A stretch of DNA of 64,000 bases from Ramazzottius varieornatus (lineage: Eukaryota > Animalia > Tardigrada): assembly GCA_001949185.1 (NCBI GenBank), contig BDGG01000003.1, forward strand, positions 1,276,725 through 1,340,724, written 5' to 3'. Below, one piece after another: positions 1 through 13,516 of the stretch. The notes under the pieces are model-generated. The model ran no database searches. It saw nothing but the letters and a program-made list of their open reading frames with translations, and had not been told where the DNA came from. The stretch's first letter is position 1, and every line of letters starts with the position of its first letter. A program made the translations under genes and the position numbers.

Positions 1-1731
1 CGCAAATTACTACGTCCGAACATGAGCAATATTCCCTGCTGTCAATATTGGATCTCTGGAGATATAGATTATGATGGGCGTGCCAGCTCACTTGGAAAGT
101 TAAATATTGTGCTACTGTAAGCAGCAACAGGGCCGGCGGGGCCTGTATTGAATGCATCACAGACGTCTTGCGTCGCTGTCAGTTTTGCCCTGCAATCAGC
201 CTTAGCATGAGACGTCACAGTGCAGTCATGGACATTCAATACAGGCAACGCCGGCCCTGAGCAGCAAGTTTCTGCCGACACTCCCACATTAAACTTAAGA
301 ACTTGGGTGGCGACTGGCCTGAGCATACGTTTCGTACACCGACGTCCAGGGCTGTTCTAAAGCTACACTTAAATTGGAAGGATGTTACGGCGATCAGCCC
401 TGGATTGCTCATCGCACGGTCAGTAGAGAGAAAAGTAGATAATGCGGCTGCTCGCTCAGCCTCGCTGATGCTTTTCAGGTCAAATTTTCGTCGCCCTCGG
501 TGACCCCCGCCGTTCCTGTCGTTATTCCCACCACAACCAAACGCAGTTCCGATTGACTTTTTAATCGTTCCGGCGACAGATACAAACAAACGGCAAGTCT
601 AGGTGAAACTGAGCGAAACCGATTAAACCAGAGGCTCAAGAAACTTGAAAAGATAATCAGAGGCTCCAGTAGTAAACAAACTAGAGGCCACAGAAAGGCA
701 GTAAAGACAAACGTCAAGAAAAACGCACTTGACGACACTCTCCGCGAATGGCGTTTTCGGTCGAACAAATTTCCATCCTTTCAAAGAGCATCTAGCCGTC
801 CCGCGTGACCTTCAATCTGAAACAAGCTAATATTAGAACTTGTCGTGGCGTCATGGAAGGCAGTAGACGGATAAGGAGACCAGCCGAAGACATCGACGTG
901 ATTCGTAATCGAGTTTAGCTGCTCGCATTCACATGATGAAGTCCCGTCTTGCCACTGTTACTCATCCTTGTCCTTCTGCCGTCCTTGATCGACCAAACTC
1001 CCGTCCGTCCACACAAGCATTCGCCTTGTGACAATGGTCCAATTCAGCGTTCGACACCTGTAACTAGCCATGATGAGAACGGAAGGATAACGCTAGCTGC
1101 CGAAATCACTGTTCTCCACGATCATCTGCCCACCTGCGTTGGCATAATAAAGTCCTCCTGTTCTTGCGACTCCTCAGTCTCCTTCCGTCCTCGACAATGA
1201 ATAATCCTGTTCCGCAATCGTTCGGTTTGACATGTCAAGGAACATAGATGGTCGACCAAATATAAAGTCACCGCAGAACAATTGTGAAAGACCAAGTTTT
1301 TCCCTCCGATAAGCAAGGTTGAGAAAGGGCTGGCAATAATTCGCAACACCGTTTAGCTAAATAGGCCATGTCAGTTGCTTGCGTTTTCCGATCCACAGAA
1401 AAATGCCTTTTTGTGCTGATTATGGTTCGGCTTCTCACCTGCGCGACCAATCAAAACAGGGGGTGTGATCGTCTCAGTGAAGCACGAGTAACACGCGTAC
1501 CACCGTACCTACCTCAACCCAGCTGTATCTCGCGTAACTTCCGTTTGGAACAGCAAAGGATATCAAACCTATCGGACGGGGGATGCAAAACCTATCGACG
1601 GCTGGATAATTAGCCTGGATGAATTCTAGTTCAAACTCTGTTCCACCGCACCAGCGAGAACATTTTGCGCTCGACACGGCGTAGTGGTTTGGATATGGAA
1701 CACCGCTGGTACAATCGATTTAATGTGGGAC

Positions 1732-2316
1732 ATAAGGTTGTAAATTCCTTTCCATTCCTTTCCAAATTCCGTTCCGTTCCTGGAATTCCGTTCCGTTCCG
1801 AGGGGTAGCCGTTTGGAACGGTTTTCCTATTCGGAAAACTAGCAAAAATCGGAGAAAATTCAGGAATTCCACGAGGTAAACAGCCGAAGATCCAGCAGAT
1901 CCTGTCGAAAAACTGAACCCGATGCTGGCTCACATATGCGTACCACTGAGGCCAATTGGTCGTTCAGTTGAACGACCAATAGCATTTTCGATCCGTCGCA
2001 CTAAAGTATGCGGCGCATTCAGCTGTGCGTAAGTCTTTGATTTTCCCTTGGACTTTCAGGTCCGACAAGACCGAAAGTTCGGATCGGTCAATCTCCAGCT
2101 GGCTTTCAGTCTCAAAACCAATATTTGTTGATGACTTCAGATCATGTTTACTGTTTCAGATGGGTAAGTAAAAAGAACTAAACTGGCAAATGGGACTTTG
2201 GAATTCCGGATTTTTGCGAGGACCTTCTAGAGGAGGAAATGGGAATATAGGAATATTAAGAATTCCTTTCCTATTTTCCATTCCAAGGGCATTCGGCCTG
2301 GAATTTACAACCTTAT
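1732..2316. mobile_element. Non-autonomous DNA transposon/MITE with 17-bp TIRs (hAT-like style)
   Basis: ATAAGGTTGTAAATTCC at 1732 and its reverse complement GGAATTTACAACCTTAT ending 2316; subterminal TTCCG/GGAAT reiterations; no coding capacity; no clean TSD found. Confidence 0.6.
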
Positions 2317-4597
2317 AGAGTGCGGGACAGTCCCTTTTATCTGGACAGATACATAACTACCTAAGAGGCCTTCGCGGTAAGATTTGAAGTGGCTTTTGCT
2401 TCGAGATTTTGCAATGCCAATTCAAAGAGGTGCGCAGGTTGATCAGGGTTGGCTTGGTTTTGTGGGTAGTTAACGCTTTCCTCCTTCGCTTCTAGCGACA
2501 CCGTACCATCGGGCTGACTAACAGTATCACCTGGGGATGTCTCTACCTGATTCGAGATGAATCGATGGAAATACAACGGACCTGTTATTCGGAGATCGAC
2601 AGAAGGTAAGATCTGCCATTCCGCTAACCGGGGAGGTAATCAGCAATCAACGCATACTGTCACATGTGCCCGCTGAAGCCACAGCAGCGACCCATGTGCT
2701 CGTTCCGTTAATAATGGCGAGACATGGCCGTGCTGGCTTACAGCCTTCTTTGGTGGTTGTGTGCGTTAGCTTCTGACCATTTTTTAGGTGGTGGAGGACA
2801 GCAATAGGACAGCTGCACGATACGGGGCTGCCCCTCTTGAGTGAATTTACTGGTACGTAATTCTTTGCACCAGCTTTCCGTTTCACTTGCGCAATCTTGC
2901 AGGAAGCTCCGCAGATGCCGACTGATGGCCAGATGGCTTGTCGGAGTGATGTCGCAACCCCTGGACTACCAGCAAGACCTTCCTTCTTCTTTCTGACGGA
3001 AATTGTTAGTCTTTTCACAGGTTTTCTTGAGCCTTTGATGCAGTTTACTTTCTATGATTTTCTTCTGAGTTTTCATAACTTTTGATGGGCGGAAAACAAA
3101 TATTTCGGGCGGAAAACAGAATAATAAACTTCGAACTTGACCTACTGATAACTTCGGTTTCCGAAATATTGAAATTTCGAATTTTGGACCAATGAAAGAT
3201 CGCCACCACCATCCAGAAATCCAGTCTGAGAGTTCCACGAACGGTGAACGTATTTTACGGGAAAACTTCAGAGGAGTCCTCCTTAAGTTTTCGGAATTCC
3301 GGTTAGGCCTATCCGAAAAGCCGTAAGAAATCAGAAAGAATCGCAGAAGTGCCGAGCTACCTTGGCAAATGAATTAAAACGGTCAAATTCGATATTCTGC
3401 CGAGGAGCCTGCTTTTGCGAGAAGAACAGTTACTCTTGTCTCGAGCATCACCATACCCGTACGGTCCACGACTTTTCCTGTAGCCACGTCCTTGTTCTAA
3501 CTATGATACTGTAGCACCTCCTGTACGACTGAAAAACAAATTTTTAGAAAACGGCCCTAGAAAACGCGGAAGCTGTTTTTCTCTTTCTAGCCCACTTGTT
3601 TATTGTCGATTTTGACTTCATGTGAGCGGATTTCTGGCTGATAGCTTTTGTCTTGGTTGTTATCTAGCAGAAAGATTGTTGAATCCACGTAAATACCTAA
3701 CGCATAAACGCTCCTGACTGCTGTACGCGACAACGAGTGTAGTACACTGTGCCTATTCTGTACATCGGATACCCAAGCTACCCGTATTCAGTAGCTACCG
3801 AACTTTCGATGTAGCTATATCGTTTTCGGATACAGCGCACGATCAAGGGGTGCGGTGAACGTACACTGTAACCGTTCTATAGACGACTATTCTTTATCAC
3901 ATCGAAGCTTTTCTAAATTCAGGATTTTCACATGATGCGCCAGCAAGCCTGCTCCCTTGCTCCTTAGTCGGAGCTATACGGCAGATCATCTGCCCATGTT
4001 GGTTCAGACCAGGTTTTCGTCGCGCTTTTTGCTGTTTAGCAAAACAGCGGCACTTTAGATCGCGGATAGCCGACCGCACGGTACTGTGGATCTACAGAAT
4101 GTTCATGGCTTCCGTACAGTCAAGACATGCAGCGTCGGCCACTAAGCCGGTTCGGACCTACAGTCTACAGTACGTACGAAGGTCGAGGGAGAGGCTGTTG
4201 AATCAGCCATACTGTAGACTGCAAACGAGTAGGCATTTTGAAGGCCAACTCCCAATAACTGGTGGCTAACTAAATAACCGTTCCTGCAGCCGGCTTACTC
4301 GGTAACCTCTCCCTTGTACATTTACTGTTTTTGTACATAGCGTTTATGCGTTGGGTAGTTTGACAGTAACCCAGTCGCCAGCAGCTTGATTTTTTAGGTG
4401 GTGGCAAGTTGGCCCAAACGGGCTGTTACTACACCATCTCCGGCTTTTCCGGTTGTTGATCTTTGGCGCCCGAAGGCAACCACGCAACGAAAGAGAGTTC
4501 AACTGGCATAAATTACAGACTAAAGATAACCGCGATCTATAACCACCACCAGTCTACTATAAGCAATGGTGCCATTTTACTCCTGACAGTAAGAACA

Positions 4598-6108
4598 ATG
4601 ACGTTGCACTCCCTGTGTTTTAAACTTTGGACTTTCTCCTTCTGGTTTCTGCTTGCACTGACTTTCGTGGTTCTTCTGGTACACCAGATTGATTACCGCA
4701 ATTCCAGTGGAATTTCTAAATCTCCAAATATTGAAATATTTTCGTTACCCCTGGACTCTTTCGACTATGCGGAAAAAGTTTGTCCGATTCAGCAACTCGG
4801 CCAGCCTACCGAGAACACTTCTGTGGGTTCCAGGTAACGGAGTGGTAGAGGCGATCAACATCTCGAGGTTTTACCCGAAAGGCTTGTTTTCGGCTTTCTT
4901 TAGAACCGATGCCATGTTGTTGGAGTCTCTTCGTCACAAGACGGTGGCGTTCGTTGGTGATTCCCGCATTCGGCACCTGTGTATGCGTTTACTGAGCGCG
5001 CTGGAACGCATTCCTTTTTTACTGACCAGCAGCAACAACCATTTCCACAGGGATCGACGATTCTACAGTAAAGAGTTCAACACATCCCTGGTCCGTAATC
5101 TTAGTTCATCTTTTCCGGGTTGTTACTGTATAATTACCGCACACCCATTTCATATCACCTCTGATCGACGCATGTTGGCAGAACAGAAGTTCTACTGGGT
5201 AGTATATCCGTACGAACCACGCCTCAAAAAGATCCTGTCGAGATGGGCCAGGACCACGGACCCGTCACCGCATATTGCCCTTTTCCAGTTTGGAGCGGTG
5301 AGTAGCACGGGTTACACTTTCGAGTGTGCGCTCCCTTTATTTTCCTGGAAAAACTGCGCTCCTGCATGCTCGCAGCTCTCTTGTCTCAATATTATCAAGT
5401 TTGGCAGCATGTTGACAGCACTCCGCTTGGTTTCCGAAACATCGTGAGAAGGAGCACGCGTACTTTAAAGGTGAGGCCGGGAGACCAAACCCTGTAAGAC
5501 CAAGCCCATAGAAAAACCAGTGCGCTCTGTCAAACATGCACAATCAGTTCGTTTGCCGGCATTTTTTGATTCAACAATTTCCCCGCAGATGGACTGACGA
5601 AAACAGCCAAAGCACTGAAGCGGATACAGTATTCCCAAGGAACCATAAGCGTTTGGATGCTTACTCGTATCTATTTTTGCTCGGAGAACCAACAAATGCC
5701 ATACCGTACAATGTGTATCATCGCAATCTTCCAACTAGCAAAAGTCTGTGTTTTTCAGTAGCCGTCAACCACCTGAAGCCGCTTACTTACGAGCCTTTCA
5801 AATGGGTGCAGAACAAGACTGTCCGCGACTACCTCCAACTCTATGCACAGCTTGGCCAAGAGATTATGAACAGCGCCGGGGTACCAGTTTGGTCCACAGC
5901 TCTTGACGCTACTACGAAATATTTGGACTTGTACCACGACAACGTCCATCCCGGCCCCGCCTTGCTTGACAAGGTAAGAAACACAGTCTGATAGTTCTCG
6001 CGAAGACTCTGCTGTTTACTAGTATTTTGTTTCTTTCACCAGTTTGCGTGCCAGTTGTTGCAAGCTCTAAGTTGGAATCAGTATGGATCATACGGAAATT
6101 CAGGATGA
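4598..6108 (+). CDS. SGNH-hydrolase/PC-esterase (CASD1-N/NXPE/TBL-like) type II membrane protein, 7 exons
   Basis: Phase-consistent GT-AG exons 4598-4833, 4904-5090, 5187-5297, 5419-5470, 5589-5666, 5759-5973, 6043-6108; N-terminal TM (FWFLLALTFVVLLV); VAFVGDSRIRH (GDS nucleophile) and YHDNVHP (DxxH). Confidence 0.8.
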
Positions 6109-7055
6109 AATACGAAGGCGGACTGGACAACGTTCTTCTTCAATGCCTGAAAGTCTTGTCGCTTTCTTCCAAACCACTCGCATGGCTCACGAACAAATTC
6201 ATTGAACAACGCATACTACAGAAGATGGGTTATTTAAAGTCCAAACGAGGAGATGGTGTGAACTGTTATAGCCTCTAAAACCGTTCCTTTGGATTTGAGC
6301 CTGTACATTATTATTTAGCTCCGGCTTGAGGTCCATGACAGCTTCTGCAACTAAACTCACAAGCTTCCAGGGTGTAGTTAGCGTTGGACTGACATTCACC
6401 TGCAGCAGCTAACTGCGGACATTGTGGGTCTCGGTCCGTACACTCTGCGGAGGGAACACAATCATGAAAACAGCTACCTTCCTCTTCGTTTCATTTCAAC
6501 TCATTATTCCTGAAGAGGATCTTCCTGCTTACGCAACAGGTCTGTGGCAGCGATCTTCACGGGTTCGGTAAGAGAAGAGCCGGCGGAGTCCGAAGAGTCC
6601 ACGGGTGTACTGATGGAAATTCCGCAATAGCAATTTGTCGACACGATTCCAACAACCAGACAGAACCAGAAAGTTCGAGACATTGTTCCACTTTCCGGTA
6701 CCGTGAAAGTCGGATTGTGAAACTAGCGAGCAGAACACCAGAACTCTTCTGTGGACACTTCTGTTGTTCTAAGTTTGAGACGTTCGTTACACGTTTAAAA
6801 AGATGCGCAAACTTTAATGTGCAACACGCAACTTTACTACTCCTATCTAACTATGTCATCTGCATGGTCGTTCAACCTGATTCCATGATAAACGTAACAC
6901 ACATGGTATTGCACAGCCAATCCCAGAACTCTGTTAAATCCTATAGAATGACTAGGAACGACCGCCCTGCCGTGACATCACAATGGTACTGAGCCCAAAA
7001 CCTAGTAAACCATAGCAAGCTCCATTCCCTCCGTAGAACAGACTCCCTTTCGCGC

Positions 7056-8166
7056 TTAGCACCAGAACATGAGCGGCCAAGCTAACGTGGATCCCAGTAG
7101 GTACCCAGTCAGCGCGCCGCCCATCAGCCCCATGCCCAGTGAGTAGTCGGATCCTCGATAGTAACATCCAGGTCTGTCCACGTAGTACACTTGCGTAACT
7201 TGTCCAGGTGCTGTCTCATACACTGCGTAATATAAGCCATTAAAATAATCTGGAGCAGGCACCTGTTAATCGGAAAATCTCACAGCCCGAATTTCCCATT
7301 CCCGCAGCACTCGCATTTCGGTAATTTGGCCGGTGCGATACGCCAGGCTGGTGGTTATGCACATCTATTTATCCATGCTACATCTTTGACCGCTCCTTTT
7401 CTACATTTAGTGCTAACGACCTAAGTCGTCTTACCGTAACCGGGTTGACGATAGTATCCCCGTTGATCGTATTGTCCCGGCATGTAGGCATACTGTCCTG
7501 CAGGTGGCGGCGGCCCCGGGTACCCCGCAGATGGCGCCACTCCCCCATTGCTGTACACTGCGTATTCCGGAAGGAAAAGATCGTTGACGGAGCGAGTGCG
7601 ACGCAATGGCTGCAAGCAGAAGACGATTGCGCTTCAGGTTCATTCTTATGAAATTACTCCAAAGTCTTTTACTTACAGGAGATCTCATTCCACGTGCTTC
7701 TTCAAGAGCCATTTGCCAAGCAATGCGATCATCCTGGTCGAATGCACAAAACTGCCATGTTGATCCGTGATGAGGTACCACACAGAACAGCTCGGATTTG
7801 GAATGGTTTTGAGGGGGATCGATATGCTTACACTGAGAACACAACACGTCAAGCTTAATAGTAAGATTGTGAAACAGCAAACCGCGATCCTTACAGCGGA
7901 GCCAACGTGAACCTCAAGACACTCGCGCGATATCAGCATTGCATCCTTAGCGCGAGCGTTTTTCGAATCGTCTTCGAAGTAACAGAGCCGCCCCTCTTGG
8001 TACAGTACCAGAAAAACCTTTTTCCAGTTTTTGAGGATACTACCTAGAAACGAAGGAATACGGAAGCTCTAAAGACAGGGCAAGCACAGTGGCTCCATTG
8101 AGTGTCCATATGCTTGATCTTACTCAGGCGGAAAACATGACCGCTTCGCGCAACGCCTTGTTCCAT
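7056..8166 (-). CDS. PLEKHB: PH domain-containing family B (evectin)-like protein, 5 exons
   Basis: N-terminal PH domain (SILKNWKKVFLVLYQEGRLCYFED ... WQFCAFDQDDRIAWQMALEEAR), Pro/Tyr/Gly-rich linker, C-terminal hydrophobic anchor SLGMGLMGGALTGYLLGSTLAWPLMFWC as in evectins. Confidence 0.85.
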
Positions 8167-8683
8167 CGCAGTAACTCTCAGTATCCGGAATGTCAGGAGT
8201 ACAGCGGTGATCCGGAATCTTACTTTGACAAGTAAAGCAACAAGACGAATGAATAACCAAAGTCACTCGATCCGGAAGAAACTTTTACGACAAAAATATC
8301 GAATTGTTTACGTTTTCGTTGCGCATTTGGAAGTGGCACTCTGTCTTTCGGTTCATTCCCAGTGGAACTGCGATAGCTCTCTGCAATCAAAAACAATCCC
8401 AGAGAGAGTTTCGGTTGAGAATCCACGTGGAGTTTGCAGGTGTGACGGGTGAAACTCCACCGCGATGCAGTGATTCCATCAATCCGAATCCACGTTGCCA
8501 TGCCAGCTGATTTTAAATGTGTGTAATCGGTCCATTTTATTTGCTCCCTGATGATGCTTCGAGATTTTTCTAGTTCTACCCCGAGTTCTGAACTTATCTA
8601 CTCTGCTCTTGGCTCTTCCTGAGTCCGTCTTGGACGAGAAGCGCCTCATCTCTTTAGGGAGGAAGAAACATCCGTTTATCAAC
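8167..8683. promoter_or_regulatory. Probable bidirectional promoter between head-to-head PLEKHB-like and makorin genes
   Basis: Only ~517 bp separate the two divergent ATGs; inferred from gene arrangement. Confidence 0.5.
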
Positions 8684-10689
8684 ATGACGACGCGCCTTGA
8701 TCCGTCCACCCTTCGCTGCAGGTGCGCTGGCCTCAATATGGCCAAAACAGGGCTATCGTTTTCTAGTAACCACGATGTTACCCTGGGGTTTTTCTCCTCA
8801 GATATCATCCAAATTGCAACAGGAAAGGCTGCTATTATTCTCACGATCCAGAGACAATAGCTAGCAACATTTGTCGATTTTATCTGGCTGGCTGCTGCTT
8901 TTACGGAGAGGAATGCAGGTAACTGATTTTCTGTATGCAGGTTTGTGCTGCAGGTTTCGTCTGCACACTGCTTTGCGACACCATTCCACGTACTCTGTTT
9001 CTTCGGTGAATTGATTTTTGTTTCAGATTCGCGCACTATCTTCCCTACAATCTTGCTGGACACGACGAAGATATAAACCTTCATTTGAAGTCAGCTGGCG
9101 AGCCAGTCGTTATCGAAGCACCACCGTCGCAGCCTGCTCCGCCAGCACCAGTCTCATCAGCATCAGCACAGAATCGGGGACCAGTGACTCGTTCATCCAC
9201 ACGTGCATGCGCCGCAGCAGCCGTTGATCCATCAAAGCCGTCGAAACATGTTAAAAAGGGGCGTAAGATGTCACCTAATAAAAGACAGCACGTTCACGAA
9301 AGCAGTGAAGGTATGCTGGTAATTTTTGCACTTGAGTCTATACTTCGTTTGTGAAACGGTCTCTGTTAAAGTCTGTTTCGTTTCAGGAACGTCAAGAGAT
9401 AGCGGTATCGTCGAAGTTAGCCAGGTGGAAATTAGACCGAAGACGCAGCCACCACTCTGCCAGCTTGGCTTAACGAAGATGTGTCCGTTGATCGACTGTA
9501 ACTATCGCCACGGCGATGTCTGTGATATGTGCCAGTCTCAAGCCTTGGATCCTCTTGATGCTGCTCAGTGCGAAACACATCGTCAGGTTCGTTGGACGTA
9601 ACCATCAGACATATTGTGAAATGACATATTATGCAGTTTGCTCGTCTACTCGTGTAGGAATGCCTGGTAAACTTCGAAAAGAATCTAAAGGCAGCATTTG
9701 AAGCTCAAGAAAGCGCTGAAGTGCAGTGCCAGATTTGCCTGGACACGGTGCTAAATCCCAAGAAGGCCGAGGAGAAAGAACGACGCTTCGGATTGCTGGA
9801 AAAGTGCGAACACCCCTTCTGCTTGTCTTGCGTGATGCAATGGAGGAAGCAACCTACGGAAGACGCCACGACCAAAACCTTCAGGTAGTTCAAAGGCAAA
9901 TTCGTGATGCCATCGCCATAACAGCCTCTGAGACGGGTCTTACCATACCTTTCAGCCTTTGATACATACCTTTCTTTCCAGATCCTGTCCCACTTGCCGT
10001 CAGCCTTCTTACTTTGTCGTCCCTTCGAAGATATGGCCCAAAACCAAAGAGGAGAAAGAAGAAGCTTTGTCCGAGTTCAAGACAAAGATGGGGTACGTTT
10101 CCCTTACTTTCGGTTGATTGAATGGCTGTTGATTGATGTGACATGGATGAGTAGGCGTGGCTCAGGTGGTGCGGCGTTTCTTGGTTGGTTAGAAGACGGG
10201 GTTGTAGTTGGAGATTGGCTGTGGCTGAACGATCAGTTTGATTGCTAATTGCAGGAAGAGACCGTGCCGGAAGTTCAACAACGGCAGGGGAAAGTGCAAG
10301 TTCGGGTCGGAGTGCTGGTATCTTCACGCGAAAGAAGATGGAACGATCGTTACGCGTAAGTCGCCCTCTACTCCTAGCAATTATTACGCCCACATTCCCT
10401 TAATGGCCGCTGTGTTCGTCCTGGCTTCATCACTCTATTCTGTCGGTCAGCAGTTCCCCCTCCTCGATTACGTATTCCGGGAGTAGTGCACATGGAGTAT
10501 CTGGAGGACGGGCTGGACTTTGACATTGACGTGGAAGACGAGTATGCAGATGACGGCGACTACTACTCGGGCGCGGACGACGATGATGAGTACTTGGACA
10601 TGCTGAATATCACCCACGAACTGATGGAAGCCGGCATTCCGGACGAAGACGCCCTGCATTATGTCTTTGGCAATGGCGATAATGCTTGA
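8684..10689 (+). CDS. MKRN: Makorin RING E3 ubiquitin ligase, multi-exon
   Basis: CCCH fingers (CRFYLAGCCFYGEECRFAH; CRKFNNGRGKCKFGSECWYLH), makorin Cys-His motif (HGDVCDMC...H), C3HC4 RING (CQICLD...RFGLLEKCEHPFCLSCVMQWR...SCPTCR), acidic C-terminal tail. Confidence 0.92.
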
Positions 10690-11709
10690 ATCTTTTTCTT
10701 TTACTTTTTTTAGCTTTCATTAGTACCATCTTTCTACATGGCCCATTTGTAAACTGAAGTTTTCTTTCACCGTAAAATGCAGAAATTAGTAGAGTGACAA
10801 CATCTGATCTACTGTATGCTTTTATTTTCGACCGAATTCGGGTGGAAAAGCATCTTTTACATCTTTCGTTATGTATCTACCGTGCGAACGCTCATTTTGA
10901 TGGTAAGGCTTTTTGACGTTTGTCTCTTCTGTCTCTTACATTAAAACAAAGAAATCGAGGAGCATACATTTGGGACGTGCCGAATAATTGAACCGGATTG
11001 TTTGCCCACGTGGCACAGATTTTCAGTGTTACTGGCTGCAGCCTGCAAGTATGCTCCATTTGGGAAAATTACCTAGTTCAAAGCATTAGTCTACTGTACG
11101 TTCCTTTTATCGGTCGAAAATATGTCGGCGGATGGAACTTGACAGTGCACAGGCTTGAAATTTAATATTCTGACTGCTGTCGAGGACCGGCGCGATCTGC
11201 ATGGTCAGAAAATTGCAGCCTCGCTTTCGAAAACTGACCACTGAATCACTCAGACATTTTTCTCGGTGATTTCAAAAGAATAATCTTATTCCAAAATTTC
11301 ACGCTGAGTTTCGCCGTACGTGTGAAGGCTATCCCGCAGTAAGCCATCGTTATTGACCATACGGTACCTATCAGCAAACATCGGCGCGTGAACGATCACT
11401 CGCTTTATCAGTCCAACTTACACTTTAAACTATCCATACCGATAGGAGCACTCGTAAATCTCTCACTTTTCTCTTCTCTCATTCCGCTCGCTATCCGAGC
11501 TACCAGGTACCGTTTATACTCTCTCATCAAGGAAAAACTCGGCCATAGACTCCAAATATTTATGACGCTCCGATAAAGATTGATATTTTTCCCATCTTAG
11601 CGCCATCGAAGAAAATCGAATCCATTCCTTCATCCACAGCACCACTGGTAGCCCTCTTGGCACCCACGGCTTGGTTCATTAGGAGAATTCGCAGCGTACC
11701 GTCATCATA

Positions 11710-13005
11710 ATGTGGTTCTTGAATCCACGAAGCAGCCTCGAGGACCTCGGCAAGGTTCTCTTCTGGAAGGCCTTAATGGCCGAGTTTATCGGCACCGGGT
11801 TCCTGGTCTTCGTCGGCTGTGCTTCGGCCGTCACCTCCACTCCAAGCGCCAACACCGATGCCTTTGTGACACGCGTAGCCCTGACCTTCGGGCTGACCGT
11901 TGCTACCATGGTATGGGCCATATGCCACGTCAGTGGCGGACACATCAACCCAGCTGTCACCTTGGCCTTCCTCATCACGCGCAAGATCAGTCTGTTGCGG
12001 GCGTTACTGTACTGGGTCTTCCAGTGTTCCGGTGCTGTAGCCGGTGCCGCCCTGTTGTACGCTTCGGTAACTGACCCCATCCGGGCGGGAGGATTCGGAT
12101 GTAACGGAATACGAGATAGCAAGGAGGTGCTGATTGTGACCGGTACTCAGGGAATTTTGATCGAAGCGCTGATCACTTTTGTGCTGATCTTTACGGTATT
12201 TGCCACTTGTGACGGAAAACGATCACCACAAGCTGGATCGGGCCCTCTGGCTATCGGTATTGCTGTACTCATCTGCCATCTTGCCGTGGTAAGTATTTCA
12301 GAAGTTCAACAGTTTATTAAATTGCAAAATAGTGGTGGAAAAATGGCACGTTACTCATTCAGTCCCAAACCAACGAAGGGTGCCATTCGTCTTCGATGAT
12401 GCCTAGTGGACCTTGAAAAGTTTTTCGGCTGTCTGCGACACGATGAAACTGGACCCGACCGGGGCAGTATTCTTATTCCCGCGATCTCGATAACATCCCA
12501 GTGCTTTACGCCAAATATAACGAATCATTGGTTACAGATTCCGCTGACTGGGTCTTCAATGAACCCAGCCCGTTCGCTGGGACCGGCGGTTCTTCGTGGG
12601 GCTCATTGCTGGACTGATCATTACGTGAGTACTGAGTGATAAAAGTCGACAGATCGGTCAACCATCCACACTGGTTATACCCTCTTTTACAATAACTTAC
12701 TGCCGAGCTTTTGCTCACGATAGAAAATAACTTTTGAAGGTATACTGGATTGGTCCTATGGCTGGTGGCGCCATCGCCGGTCTCCTCTACGATCTGATCT
12801 TTGCCGCTGATGCCAGCTTAAGGAAACTCGGAGACTGCACCAGCTCGGACGAATACGATCCCGAGGACGAGCACGACGCTGATGGCAAACGCCCTGTAAA
12901 TTCTCCCTCCACCGTTAGCGGTTCCCTGTCCGCTTCTTATTTCTAACCCAAACCTAACCCAACTCACCCTTATAATTTAACCCTTTACAGCCTGCTCGTG
13001 TTTGA
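11710..13005 (+). CDS. AQP: Aquaporin, AQP4-like water channel
   Basis: [10 protein letters not shown] and [18 protein letters not shown] boxes; ar/R filter F/H/S/R; exons 11710-12288, 12538-12624, 12740-12895 and probable last exon 12991-13005 (stop at 12946 if the last intron is retained). Confidence 0.95.
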
Positions 13006-13143
13006 GTTCTCCTTGTAAACACCTTCCCTCCACCACGCAGGTCTCTGCTATCATGCGACCTTGGAGTCTGGAACGAACAGATGGCAAGCCGAGTTTAACA
13101 CCGAAACTTTTTTCCATTTACAGCCGACCGTCAGAGTTCCGTT

Positions 13144-13170
13144 TTCGTGTTCGTGTTCGTGTTCGTGTTT
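13144..13170 (+). repeat. (TTCGTG)n microsatellite in the aquaporin 3' region
   Basis: About 4.5 tandem copies visible. Confidence 0.7.
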
Positions 13171-13516
13171 GTCCAGTATATTTGCCTTCTGGACCTGGTT
13201 TGCACTTTTTTCCCGGTTTGATGATTTGCATTTCTGTCGATTATTCTTTGCTCAATTGGTGCTCAACTCATGATGGCTGTATGAAACTTTCGCTCTCCTC
13301 GACTCCGGAAAACGCTAAAACCAACAGGGCTCCACCCAGACGCGATATGTTTGTTGAGGTCTTGCAAGATTGATTTTTGGCATGGGAATTTTACCAAGGA
13401 TTGATAAGAACGCAGACGCAACGTAAGACTTCGAGAACAAAAGGTGAACGGCAAAATTATGATAATTATGTCTTATCAGAAATTTGTCAATTATCGACAA
13501 GGTCGGGAAAGGTCGG

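Noticed and set aside
1-4460. Many short ORFs in the first 4.4 kb
   Set aside because: No motifs or consistent splice structure; probably decayed TE or intergenic DNA
12944-12985. CTAACCC telomere-like repeats
   Set aside because: Only 2-3 imperfect units; better explained as branch-point sequence of the last aquaporin intron
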